Shown: positions 40,001 to 48,642 of the stretch, one piece after another | How positions within the stretch are numbered: position 1 is the first letter of the stretch | Layout: each line of letters starts with the position of its first letter | IMG/VR virus record: IMGVR_UViG_3300042564_000781 | Span: 56,668-120,667 of that record | Origin: a virus | Direction: 5' to 3' (one strand) | Length of the DNA: 64,000 nucleotides | Position numbers and translations under genes: made by a program | The notes under the pieces: generated by a model | Databases searched by the model: none | Seen by the model: only the letters and a program-made list of their open reading frames with translations | What the model was told of the DNA's origin: nothing

Positions 40001-40289
40001 CCTACGTAGACAACTAAGTGCATTAGCTAAGCCTTATATCTTTGAGCCAAACGACAAAGTAACAAGAGATCAAATCAAGAATGCAGTTGATGGATTAATG
40101 CTTGAACTAGTTGGACAACGTGCTTTATTTGATTATGTAGTAGTATGTGACGAATCTAATAACACACCTTCAAGAATTGACCGTAATGAGTTATGGATTG
40201 ATATTGCTATTGAGCCAGTTAAGGCCATTGAATTTATCTACATTCCATTACGTTTGAAGAACACTGGCGAAATCGCCGCATTAGGTTAA
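37044..40289 (+). CDS. gp18: Tail sheath protein
   Basis: MAL.SPGV.V..ID, PPS, PWFAPAG..RG, RD.LY...INPI, DRINV.RL, FEPND..TR, VVCDESNNTP..IDRNEL, P.KAIEFI. Confidence 0.95.
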   Translation: MALSSPGVQVSVIDESFYTPAEPGTVPLIVVATAENKQNGGGTGIAPGTQVANDGTVYLLTSQKDLADTFGDPVFKTDSNNNPIHAGEQNEYGLQAAYSLLGVSNRAFVVRANVDLDQLNASADAPSANPANGTYWLDTQNTAFGIFEWNDAAATAGGQMFVAKTPIVITDQNQISGYGTAGQLPKTSVGAIGNYAIDATATPVSAFYKNTAGDWVKVGSNDWQESIPTVTGDAFVSATNTETFLINTNSIAISAGGASGIDGVIEDINNAAIAGISAVKSTTGNRIQIYSTGVAVTIAAGTATLANLGLTAGVYQAPKLAIDKHTAVPQWKHASNAANVAATGSVWIKTTEPNAGARWRVKRFNAGTALWEAAEAPIYGTAASALKGLDTAGGGLNLAVGTLFTKSNSTDISTSEADFVVYRRKAGGATTITSAVITSTTFDATPDYTFTLRESIVGQEAISAASATITVNCAGAAGDADVFAAAINTAGLVNVQASVDASNRVVITHTKGGDIQIDQTAGTIFADAGFTTNFYASPTESTTHDYVASNWEPLSYTAGADAPMALAADGALWYSSVIDEIDIMVHNGTTWVGYASVTGTDPAGPLVSATAPETQSDDSTLVTGDLWIDTSDIENFPTIYKYNADLAVGQRWVLVDKTDQSTEDGILFADARAGANGGSATAYPDSTIIELLDSAFLDFDAPDPALYPRGMLLWNLRRSGFNVKKFVRNYVDLAGDNGRQGGASMAAYYPHRWVTESANQADGSGTFGRKAQRAVVVQALQATVNSNQDIRDEESRVFNLIACPGYPELIGELITLNYDRGLTAFVVGDTPARLTADATSLLAWGNNLNGALEDNDIGAASFDEYMGMFYPWGFSSDNFGNNVAIPPSHMILRTIALNDQVAYPWFAPAGVRRGGITNATAVGYITGEGEFKSVALNTGQRDTLYESKINPITFLTGTGLVNYGQKTRARAASSLDRINVARLVVYLRRQLSALAKPYIFEPNDKVTRDQIKNAVDGLMLELVGQRALFDYVVVCDESNNTPSRIDRNELWIDIAIEPVKAIEFIYIPLRLKNTGEIAALG

Positions 40290-40292
40290 TCC

Positions 40293-40300
40293 TATAAATA
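40293..40300 (+). promoter_or_regulatory. T4-type late promoter TATAAATA
   Basis: Exact consensus upstream of the tail tube gene, followed by an AGGAG SD site. Confidence 0.75.
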
Positions 40301-40318
40301 CTATACAGGAGCTATAAT

Positions 40319-40942
40319 ATGGCAATCGCAACACTAAACAAATTTTCAGTACCCCTAGCTGGTTCTCCACAGAACCAGGGTATGTTGATGCCAAAGTTAA
40401 AGTATCGCTTCCGCGTTACTTTGCAAAACTTTGGTGTTGGCGGCAATACTACTGAAATCACTAAAATGGTAGTGGACTTTACTCGTCCAACTATCACATT
40501 TGATGATATCACCCTAGACACATATAACAGCAAGATCTTCATGGCTGGCAAGCATACATGGAGTGATGCTACTCTAAACGTCCGTGATGACGCTAACGGC
40601 GGCGTAACTAAGTTAGTAGGCGAACAGCTACAGAAACAATTCGACTTCTTTGAAATGTCATCTGCAGCCAGTGCTAACGACTATAAGTTCGTTACAGTTT
40701 GTGAAATTTTAGACGGTGGCAACGGTGCATTTACACCTAATGTTCTTGAAACATGGGAACTATATGGCTGCTACTTGAAGGCTGCTAACTATAACAACGT
40801 AGCATACAATGCTAACGAAGCTGCTACTATTGCACTAACAATTAAGTTTGATAATGCACAACAAACAGCTCAAGGTACAGGCGTTGGCACTAACGTGGGC
40901 TTCTTAGGCGCACGTCCAGGCGGTTTAGCTACAGGCGCTTAA
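40319..40942 (+). CDS. gp19: Tail tube protein
   Basis: Follows the sheath gene. PKLKYRFRV, RP...F, AGK.TW, W.LYGC motifs. Confidence 0.85.
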   Translation: MAIATLNKFSVPLAGSPQNQGMLMPKLKYRFRVTLQNFGVGGNTTEITKMVVDFTRPTITFDDITLDTYNSKIFMAGKHTWSDATLNVRDDANGGVTKLVGEQLQKQFDFFEMSSAASANDYKFVTVCEILDGGNGAFTPNVLETWELYGCYLKAANYNNVAYNANEAATIALTIKFDNAQQTAQGTGVGTNVGFLGARPGGLATGA

Positions 40943-40955
40943 TTTATTTAATAAG

Positions 40956-40987
40956 CACAAAAAGCAACTTCGGTTGCTTTTTTTGTG
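40956..40987 (+). terminator. Intrinsic terminator with UUCG loop
   Basis: AAAAAGCAAC-TTCG-GTTGCTTTTTTT. Confidence 0.9.
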
Positions 40988-41030
40988 ACTTGATTATCTA
41001 CCCAGTTAATTTAATTGGCTAAATATTAGT

Positions 41031-42113
41031 ATGGCAGACAAATCATTTGGTCAGTTCATTACTGACATAAGTAACCCCAAAGGCAATGTTGCAGACTTCC
41101 GTCATGCATCACGATTGTTTGTTGATGATAGTTTTAGACTGGCACCTAAAAGCAAGTTTAACTATCATGTATCTTTTAGTATTGATACAAGAGCATTAAA
41201 AAGTTTAAATTTTGATTATCGTCATAGAAACGAAATTAACATGTTGGTTAAGAAATGTGACCTACCTAAATTTACTATTGCCACAGAAACATTAAATCAA
41301 TACAACAGAAAAAAGATTGTACAGAACAAAGTTGATTACACTCCTATTAATATTTCATTTCATGATGATAGATTAGGAGTTACACGTCAGCTATGGGAAA
41401 ATTATTTTGCGTATTATTACGCAGACTCTACAGTAGCAAAGCAAGCAGGCTCATACAACAGAACAGCAATGGCAGGTTCGTCTTTTATTAAAACACCTTA
41501 CGGGTTTGACAATAATAGCAGTATACCATTTTTTCAAAAGATTACAATTTATCAAATGGCTAACAAGCAATATGCCAGCTATACATTAGTCAATCCAGTT
41601 ATTACAGCATGGAATCATGACACCTTAGATTATGGATCAAGCATACCTGCTGAACAATCTATGACTGTGGCATACGAAGCAGTAACATACGGTACTGGAT
41701 ATGTGCGTCAAGGCGATCCTCCAGGCTTTGCTGAAGATCATTATGATACATTGCCAAGTCCGTTAAAGTTAGCAGGTGGCTCCAGTAATAATTTATTTGG
41801 CCCAGCAGGTGTGTTAGCCGGCGCCGAGTCAGTATTTGGTGCAGTATCGAGCATGTTGGCAGATCCGAGTAATATTACTATTAACGATATATTACGAACT
41901 GGTACACAGGCTATTAACACGTACAACAGTGCAAGAAATCTTAACGCCGCCGGTGTAAGGAATGAATTAAGCACCGCTGGATACAATGCAGCCGTTACTG
42001 GTGCTAGAACTATTGTAAACCAACCAATTAGCGGATTAACTAATTTTTCATTCCCAGTTAACAATGGTGGTGCTGTAAATACTGTAGCAACACCGAGAAA
42101 TCTAGGACCATAA
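41031..42113 (+). CDS. Tail-tube-fold baseplate/tube initiator protein (gp54/gp48-like)
   Basis: LVK..DLP.F......NQYNRK, Y.PI.I.FHDD, L.NP.I.....D.LDY, next to the tube gene. Confidence 0.6.
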   Translation: MADKSFGQFITDISNPKGNVADFRHASRLFVDDSFRLAPKSKFNYHVSFSIDTRALKSLNFDYRHRNEINMLVKKCDLPKFTIATETLNQYNRKKIVQNKVDYTPINISFHDDRLGVTRQLWENYFAYYYADSTVAKQAGSYNRTAMAGSSFIKTPYGFDNNSSIPFFQKITIYQMANKQYASYTLVNPVITAWNHDTLDYGSSIPAEQSMTVAYEAVTYGTGYVRQGDPPGFAEDHYDTLPSPLKLAGGSSNNLFGPAGVLAGAESVFGAVSSMLADPSNITINDILRTGTQAINTYNSARNLNAAGVRNELSTAGYNAAVTGARTIVNQPISGLTNFSFPVNNGGAVNTVATPRNLGP

Positions 42114-42490
42114 TGAGTACTACATTAAATTTACCTAAAGTAACCACCAGTAATGACAGTGCCGATCAAGTTAAAAATTTCTTTGATCGATATTTTCAGC
42201 ATCAAGTTACTTTTCCTAGCAATCAAATTGATGCAGTATTAGGATACTTTTTAAAACGTGGCTTTCAAGAAGAAGCTGCAAAAAGTACAAGTATTGTTTT
42301 ACTAAATCAAGCTCGTATTGACAACATTCCAGTATTTCAATTGTTAGATACCTTAAAGGGACTGACTGATGTCCAGCTAAGCCAAGTGGTTACTGAAGTA
42401 CTAAACATATACCGAGAAAAATCTTCGGCGCTGGGTTTCAAAATTATACAAATAGAAGAAACTATAGAAAGTCGAAATATTAAACCGTAA
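42113..42490 (+). CDS. Hypothetical protein
   Basis: 125-aa ORF coupled by TAATG overlaps at both ends. Confidence 0.65.
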   Translation: MSTTLNLPKVTTSNDSADQVKNFFDRYFQHQVTFPSNQIDAVLGYFLKRGFQEEAAKSTSIVLLNQARIDNIPVFQLLDTLKGLTDVQLSQVVTEVLNIYREKSSALGFKIIQIEETIESRNIKP

Positions 42491-42927
42491 TGAGTCGCTT
42501 TGCTCAAGGTAAATTTACACTAACCAACCCAGACAAGTATGTAGGAAATAAACTTCCAACATATCGTAGCTCTTGGGAATGGCACTTTATGCGATTCTGT
42601 GACCAAGATCCTCGCATAATGAAATGGGCCAGTGAAGCCATTAAAATCCCCTACAAAGATCCCTTTACCGGCAAAGGTACAGTGTATGTTCCTGACTTCT
42701 TTATACAATACGCAGATGCCAAGGGTAAAATGCAAGTTGAACTGATTGAAGTAAAGCCGCAAAATCAAACAGTATTTGAGAAAGTGGGAAAGAATCGACA
42801 TAACCAATTACAGTATGCTAAGAATCAAGTCAAGTGGCGAGCAGCATACGCCTGGTGTGCTAAACAAGGTATAAAATTTAGAGTATTAAATGAACAAGAC
42901 TTATTTCACAATGGCAAAGTGAGATAA
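42490..42927 (+). CDS. Head completion nuclease (T4 gp4-like, TnsA-like PD-(D/E)xK)
   Basis: NPDKY.G, YRSSWE..FM..CD, WASE...IPY, YVPDF, LIEVKP. Confidence 0.88.
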   Translation: MSRFAQGKFTLTNPDKYVGNKLPTYRSSWEWHFMRFCDQDPRIMKWASEAIKIPYKDPFTGKGTVYVPDFFIQYADAKGKMQVELIEVKPQNQTVFEKVGKNRHNQLQYAKNQVKWRAAYAWCAKQGIKFRVLNEQDLFHNGKVR

Positions 42928-42935
42928 GTATTATT

Positions 42936-43415
42936 ATGAAAAAACTTGAAGAAATCCTAAATTTGCCTGAAAGCAAAAAGACTATCAAAAAAGCTGAAAA
43001 GGAAAAGGCAGCAGAAGTTGCACAACCTTTTCTTCGCGACATGTCAGAATTTGACAAAATAGCGGCTGCACTACCTGCAGTTAAAGGTCTTGGCGATGCT
43101 AGTGACAGTGAGTTTGATGCGCTCGCACAACGAGCAACTGATGCCTATGACGACCTAATGGACCTAGGCATGAACGTAGAAGCACGATACAGTGGACGTA
43201 TTTTTGAAGTAGCAGGCGGCATGTTAAAAAATGCTATTGATGCCAAAGCTGCCAAAATTGATAAGAAACTTAAGATGATTGAACTACAGCTTAAGAAACA
43301 AAAACTTGATCAAGATGCCGGGCATGACGACAACGGAATAGATGTTACTGGTACAGGTGTAATTGTATCAGACCGCAATAGTTTGATCGAAAAACTAAAA
43401 AATATGAATAAATAA
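42936..43415 (+). CDS. Probable terminase small subunit (T4 gp16-like)
   Basis: Helical protein with RIFEVAGGMLK, resembling the gp16 RAYEVAxxL motif, located near the terminase large subunit gene. Confidence 0.55.
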   Translation: MKKLEEILNLPESKKTIKKAEKEKAAEVAQPFLRDMSEFDKIAAALPAVKGLGDASDSEFDALAQRATDAYDDLMDLGMNVEARYSGRIFEVAGGMLKNAIDAKAAKIDKKLKMIELQLKKQKLDQDAGHDDNGIDVTGTGVIVSDRNSLIEKLKNMNK

Positions 43416-43432
43416 TACATCGGGACTAGACT

Positions 43433-44032
43433 ATGAAATCGTTTACAGAATACTTAATGGAAAGCAAAGAAGAGAAGAAATACTCTTTTAAAATTAAAAT
43501 CGCCGGAGATCTTCCAGAGAACTGTGAAGATGTTATGGAAACTGCTTTACAAAAATACCAAGTAGCTAAGTTTGTTAAAACTAAGACTACACCTATACAG
43601 GCTAAACTACGTGACTTTCCTACTATGGAAAACTCACAAGTTAGCATCTTTGATATTGAACTAGAATACCCAACTACCAGCGCAGTACTTACAAGTTACA
43701 TGTTAGAGCAAACTGGTCTAACTGCTGAACGCATCAAAGTGCGTAGCCCTGCAGAAGACGCGGAAGCAGAATTAAATGCAGAACATATTGACGAAGATGA
43801 TGCTAAAGCATTATTGACTCAAGAATACAAAAAAGAAAATAATCAAAATATTGTAGGTGACAAAGGCATTAGCAACTTCCTAAAAGATCTAGCTAAGGTT
43901 AGAAAAGAACATGTACAGTACAAAGGTGTGAATGATGCTATCCTAGCAAAGAAAGCCCCTAAAGAAAAATCACAAGAACAAGCTAAACCTGTTGCTGGCA
44001 AAAGTCCAATTGGTTCTGCTAAAGGAAAATAA
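43433..44032 (+). CDS. Hypothetical head-associated protein
   Basis: MKSFTEYLME leader resembling the T4 capsid-targeting sequence. Confidence 0.6.
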   Translation: MKSFTEYLMESKEEKKYSFKIKIAGDLPENCEDVMETALQKYQVAKFVKTKTTPIQAKLRDFPTMENSQVSIFDIELEYPTTSAVLTSYMLEQTGLTAERIKVRSPAEDAEAELNAEHIDEDDAKALLTQEYKKENNQNIVGDKGISNFLKDLAKVRKEHVQYKGVNDAILAKKAPKEKSQEQAKPVAGKSPIGSAKGK

Positions 44033-44034
44033 TT

Positions 44035-44640
44035 ATGAACTTTAACGAACTATTCCAAAAAATGAGAGAGCTCGACGCTCCTGTTGCAGAAGAATTAAAA
44101 GGCGGCCAAAAGAATCTTGATGTTGACAAAGATGGCGACATCGAAGCTGATGATCTAAAAGATCTACGTGATAAGAAAGTTGATGAAGAACTTGTCGGAG
44201 AGTGCGGAGACATGCCCAATGGTATGATGGGTATGAGAAATCCTGCACAACAAGATTCTATCAGTGCAAACATCAGTATGAATGCCAGTGGCACTGGTGG
44301 TATACGTGACCTTATGTCAATCTTACGTAACATTGAAAATGGTGATAGTACACCTGGCAGTGATGAACACGACATGGCCATTGCAATTGGCGGAATGGAC
44401 AAACCAGAACCATTACTTGGTATGGACGAGGCAGAAGCTGGCGGATTTGATCAAGCTAGTACAACTCCTGATCCACAGATAGCTCCGGCAAGTGCAGCCT
44501 TTCCACAAGGCAATGACATACACAGCAAAGGTGGTAATGAAAGACCTAAAGTAAATGGTGGCGGAAATCCTTATGCCTTAGCCGCGGAAAGTTTAATTCC
44601 AAGACTTAGTTCTTTGTATCAAGAAGTTAAAAGTCGTTAA
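44035..44640 (+). CDS. Acidic probable prohead core/internal protein with EF-hand-like loop
   Basis: LKGGQKNLDVDKDGDIEADDL motif in a low-complexity acidic sequence. Confidence 0.6.
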   Translation: MNFNELFQKMRELDAPVAEELKGGQKNLDVDKDGDIEADDLKDLRDKKVDEELVGECGDMPNGMMGMRNPAQQDSISANISMNASGTGGIRDLMSILRNIENGDSTPGSDEHDMAIAIGGMDKPEPLLGMDEAEAGGFDQASTTPDPQIAPASAAFPQGNDIHSKGGNERPKVNGGGNPYALAAESLIPRLSSLYQEVKSR

Positions 44641-44657
44641 TCAGCTATAAGCTACTC

Positions 44658-44683
44658 AAAGAGGCCCTGGTGGCCTCTTTTTT
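44658..44683 (+). terminator. Intrinsic terminator
   Basis: AAAGAGGCC-ctggt-GGCCTCTTTTTT. Confidence 0.85.
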
Positions 44684-44698
44684 ATTGTAAATAACATT

Positions 44699-46291
44699 AT
44701 GGCAACTAAATCACTAGACGGCGTCCTTACCAAAAAGGCGCATACTCGAGAAACCTTCACTGAGCGACACATTGAAGATTTAATCGCATGTTCTGACCCC
44801 ACTACAGGATATCATTATTTCTGTAAGAACTATTTTTACATACAGCATCCGGTTAAAGGTAAAATGTTGTTTGCACCATTTGATTTCCAAACTAGACTGT
44901 TAGATGCATATCATAATCATCGATTTAATGTAAACATGTTGCCTCGTCAGATGGGTAAGACTACCTGTGCCGCTGGCTATTTACTATGGTTTGCCATGTT
45001 TCATCCAGACCAAACTATTCTTATTTCAGCGCATAAATTTACTGGCTCACAGGAAATTATGCAGCGTATTCGATACGCATATGAACTATGTCCTGATCAT
45101 ATTCGTTCAGGAGTGGTAAACTATAACAAGGGCTCTATTGAGTTTGATAATGGATCACGTATTGTCTCTACAACTACTACTGGCAACACAGGTCGTGGTA
45201 TGTCTATTTCCCTACTATACTGTGACGAGTTTGCTTTCGTACCTCCAAATATCGCCGATGAGTTTTGGACTTCAATTTCCCCGACACTAGCAACTGGTGG
45301 TCGAGCAATTCTAACATCAACACCTAACAGTGATGAAGATACATTTGCTATTATATGGAAAGAAGCCAATAAGAAGTTTGATGAGTTTGGCAATGAACAA
45401 CTAACAGGTATCAATGGTTTCTTCCCCTTTACCTGTGCGTGGAGTGAACATCCGGACCGTGATGATGTATGGGCAACAACTGAACGTGGGCGTATTGGAG
45501 AAGAACGATTCCGTCGTGAATACAACTGTGAATTCTTAGTCTATGATGAAACACTAATCAACAGTATTCACCTTGCCGGAATGGAAGGCAAGCAACCTAT
45601 AATGAACATGGGGCAAACTCGCTGGTACAAAGAACTCAGTAAAGATAACATTTATGCTATTAGTCTTGATCCTAGTCTAGGTACAGGTGGCAACTCGGCA
45701 GCTATACAAATATTTGAATTACCTTCGTTTACGCAAGTAGGCGAATGGCATCATAATTTAACTCCTATACAAGGACAAATTCGAATTCTAAAAGAAATAC
45801 TAACCTATATACAAGAGTGCATAGGCAGTGACAACAGCGGAAATATATACTGGTCTGTTGAAAATAATAACATAGGTGAAGCAGGACTAGTTTGTATTCG
45901 AGACATTGGGGAAGATCAATTTCCAGGACTATTTGTAAGCGAGCCAATTAGAAAAGGCCATGTGCGTAAATTCCGTAAGGGATTTAATACTACACACAAG
46001 ACTAAAATATCAGCGGCTGCTAGATTAAAACACCTAATCGAATCTAACAAAATGAAGATTAGCAGTAAACCCCTAATATCAGAGCTTAAGGCATTCATTG
46101 TTACAGGTGTTAGCTTCAAAGCAAAAAGCGGAGAAGAGGACGATCTAGTCAGTGCATTATTACTGATAGTCCGTATGAGTCAAGTGCTTGCAGACTGGGA
46201 TTCAAGGGTATTTGATAGTTTTAGTAGTAATGATGACGCAGGTAATGAAGACTACGAACTGCCAATGCCTATCTTTGTTTCAACTAATTAA
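44699..46291 (+). CDS. gp17: Terminase large subunit
   Basis: PRQMGKTT Walker A, YCDEFAF Walker B, TSTPN, FRREY.CEF, and an RNase H-like domain with DPS.G.G...DDLV. Confidence 0.95.
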   Translation: MATKSLDGVLTKKAHTRETFTERHIEDLIACSDPTTGYHYFCKNYFYIQHPVKGKMLFAPFDFQTRLLDAYHNHRFNVNMLPRQMGKTTCAAGYLLWFAMFHPDQTILISAHKFTGSQEIMQRIRYAYELCPDHIRSGVVNYNKGSIEFDNGSRIVSTTTTGNTGRGMSISLLYCDEFAFVPPNIADEFWTSISPTLATGGRAILTSTPNSDEDTFAIIWKEANKKFDEFGNEQLTGINGFFPFTCAWSEHPDRDDVWATTERGRIGEERFRREYNCEFLVYDETLINSIHLAGMEGKQPIMNMGQTRWYKELSKDNIYAISLDPSLGTGGNSAAIQIFELPSFTQVGEWHHNLTPIQGQIRILKEILTYIQECIGSDNSGNIYWSVENNNIGEAGLVCIRDIGEDQFPGLFVSEPIRKGHVRKFRKGFNTTHKTKISAAARLKHLIESNKMKISSKPLISELKAFIVTGVSFKAKSGEEDDLVSALLLIVRMSQVLADWDSRVFDSFSSNDDAGNEDYELPMPIFVSTN

Positions 46292-46305
46292 AGATAAATA
46301 TCAAT

Positions 46306-48480
46306 ATGGACAAGAATCTCGAACCAATCGCTAAAGAACTATTTGGAAAAATTCGCACACAATTTCCAAAAATTAAACTTGGTGATGCAAATAGTGACGT
46401 AACTGATCGCCCTAACGACGCTCGTTTTTTCGAATTTGATTTTGTAAAAAACGGAAAGAATTTAGGATCTATCAGCATCAGCATTGCCGATGCTGAAAGT
46501 GAGGCGGCTGAAGACGACCTAGCTGACAATGACGGAATGGTTGTTATGTACAGTAATGACATAACTGACGATCAACCCGATAGTGTAAAAAGACAATGGT
46601 TTAATTTTTTAAGGGAACTTAGAGAATTTGCCAAACAAAAGATGATGCATTTTTCTATACGTGACATCACAAAAAAGAATTTAGATAAACGAGATTATCA
46701 ACATTTAGCCAAGAATAACGGAGACGGCAGTATGACTGAAAGTAAACTATGGGGCACATCTAAGACTAGTTATCAACAGATGGGCGAAGCTAAACTAATT
46801 GTTAGACACACCCAACCTGTAAACTATGCCCATGCAGCTGGTCGTACACTACACATTGAAAGCATCCATGTTGAGAACAGTCAGGGTGAACGTTTTAAAT
46901 ATCCAGTGAAGCATTTGAATGGTGCTCGCGCCCTAGCTACTCATGTAGCACACGGTGGTACACCATATGATGGTATTGGTCAGCACATTACTGGTCTAAG
47001 TGAAGAACTAAACAAACTACGCATGTTCAAAGGCTATGTTGATCGCAACTCTATGGTTAGCGAAGCAATGGGCACGATACAAACTAAGGTATACGAGCGT
47101 ATTGATCAAGTTAAGAAAGAAATCCGTAGCTTACAAAATCAAAGCTATTACGAATCATTTGCAGAATCGTTTGTGGTTAATGAAGCACAAGAGATTCCAG
47201 AAGATGTAGTTAATGATTGGATTGATCGTTTAACTATTCGCAGTTTTAATGAAGAACTAAAAAATGTATTCCCATACATTTACAAACTAGTAGGCGAAGA
47301 AGTTGATGTTATCAAAGAACTAACAGCAGATGATTTACTTGATGAAGTTTTTGACGGCGATAAAGAAACTGGTACTACACACAAAGGCGGTAAGGTTACT
47401 AAGACTGCTCACGGTGTTAAGCATGAAAAGACTGATTACGATGACGGTGAAAAAGTTGCGTTTAGACACAAAGACGAAAAGAGTCGTTATAAAAAGTATG
47501 CCAACTTAGATCAAGAAGATCAATTCGAAGCATTCTTAAATAATCTAGTCAGTGAAGAAAGTGATTTGTTTAACACTGACGAAGAAAGTCAAAGTGCATC
47601 AATACAAACATTAAATCAACTAATTGCACAAGAATTCCCAGCAGGTGTAGATGGTACCAATGCTATTCAAAGTTTGCAAGGTGTAATTGACGATCAAGAA
47701 TTTGTCGATGCAATTAAACAACTAGGTAAGGTAAATCCAGAAATGGACATTAGAGAATTCCTAAAGAGTTACCTAGAGAAGCACGACGAAGAAAACGGTA
47801 CAGACATTGCCAGTAAGATTAATTTTGATTCTACTACTCCTGCACCCACTGAGCCTGCTCCGGCAGCACCTCCAGCCGAACCTGTTGCGTCAGCGCCTGC
47901 TCCAGTAGCGACCCCAGTTGATCCAGCAGCAGTACCTGCGGCACCTGCACCAGTAGCTGAAGAAAAAGAAGATCCTCCTTTTGATGGTCCTTACAAAAAG
48001 CCAGGCGACAACAAAGATCAGTTTGGTAATGTTGTTAAGAATCCTGCTCGCCACGCTGCTAAGAAAGGTATGGCCGCCGCTATCGCTAAAGCCAAGAAAG
48101 CTGGTGCCACTGCTGAGACTATGGTTAACTTTGGTTCAGGTGAAATGAGCCTAGGTGAAGCTATTGCTAAGGCTGGAATGGATGTTGAAGAATTCTTTGA
48201 AGGCGCTGGTAAACAAAACGAAGTAATTGAATTTGTTAAATCAATGTATGATGAGACAACTGGTAATTTTCCAAAGGGAGAAACTGGTGTATTATTAGCA
48301 GTTGAAAAACAATTTGGTGAAGATGCAGCCAAGATGGCACACAGTGTAATCAGTGAGCTATCACAAGTATACGAATCAAAACGTATGCGCCAACTTGCTG
48401 GCATTACTGAGCATGGACTACAAAAGCCACAAGCTGATGTTTCTGAAATGTTCAAACGCTTCAATTCTATGTTTAGATAA
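46306..48480 (+). CDS. Large acidic late protein, probably head-associated
   Basis: gaTAAATA lies 5 nt before the ATG. The protein is E/D-rich with a Pro/Ala linker and RMRQLAGITE near the C-terminus. Confidence 0.6.
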   Translation: MDKNLEPIAKELFGKIRTQFPKIKLGDANSDVTDRPNDARFFEFDFVKNGKNLGSISISIADAESEAAEDDLADNDGMVVMYSNDITDDQPDSVKRQWFNFLRELREFAKQKMMHFSIRDITKKNLDKRDYQHLAKNNGDGSMTESKLWGTSKTSYQQMGEAKLIVRHTQPVNYAHAAGRTLHIESIHVENSQGERFKYPVKHLNGARALATHVAHGGTPYDGIGQHITGLSEELNKLRMFKGYVDRNSMVSEAMGTIQTKVYERIDQVKKEIRSLQNQSYYESFAESFVVNEAQEIPEDVVNDWIDRLTIRSFNEELKNVFPYIYKLVGEEVDVIKELTADDLLDEVFDGDKETGTTHKGGKVTKTAHGVKHEKTDYDDGEKVAFRHKDEKSRYKKYANLDQEDQFEAFLNNLVSEESDLFNTDEESQSASIQTLNQLIAQEFPAGVDGTNAIQSLQGVIDDQEFVDAIKQLGKVNPEMDIREFLKSYLEKHDEENGTDIASKINFDSTTPAPTEPAPAAPPAEPVASAPAPVATPVDPAAVPAAPAPVAEEKEDPPFDGPYKKPGDNKDQFGNVVKNPARHAAKKGMAAAIAKAKKAGATAETMVNFGSGEMSLGEAIAKAGMDVEEFFEGAGKQNEVIEFVKSMYDETTGNFPKGETGVLLAVEKQFGEDAAKMAHSVISELSQVYESKRMRQLAGITEHGLQKPQADVSEMFKRFNSMFR

Positions 48481-48516
48481 TTGGCAAAAATAAATCACAT
48501 TTAAGCAAGATATCTC

Positions 48517-48545
48517 TTGCAATGATAAATAAAAGTGCGTATAAT
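48517..48545 (+). promoter_or_regulatory. Sigma70-type promoter with an embedded late-type gaTAAATA
   Basis: TTGCAA-17 bp-TATAAT upstream of the SSB gene. Confidence 0.7.
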
Positions 48546-48642
48546 AACATATATGCACTTTTTACTTTACAATGGTGTAAAGTAGATATAGGCAAAACTA
48601 GCAGAAATGCAAAACAACTTAGGCTAACAATAGGAGATAATC

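Noticed and set aside
42490-42927. TnsA-like nuclease as evidence of a Tn7-like transposon
   Set aside because: Motifs and context fit the T4 gp4 head completion protein, and there is no TnsB/TnsC gene or terminal repeat.
47836-47965. Pro/Ala-rich stretch resembling a tandem repeat
   Set aside because: It is a low-complexity protein linker without a regular nucleotide period.
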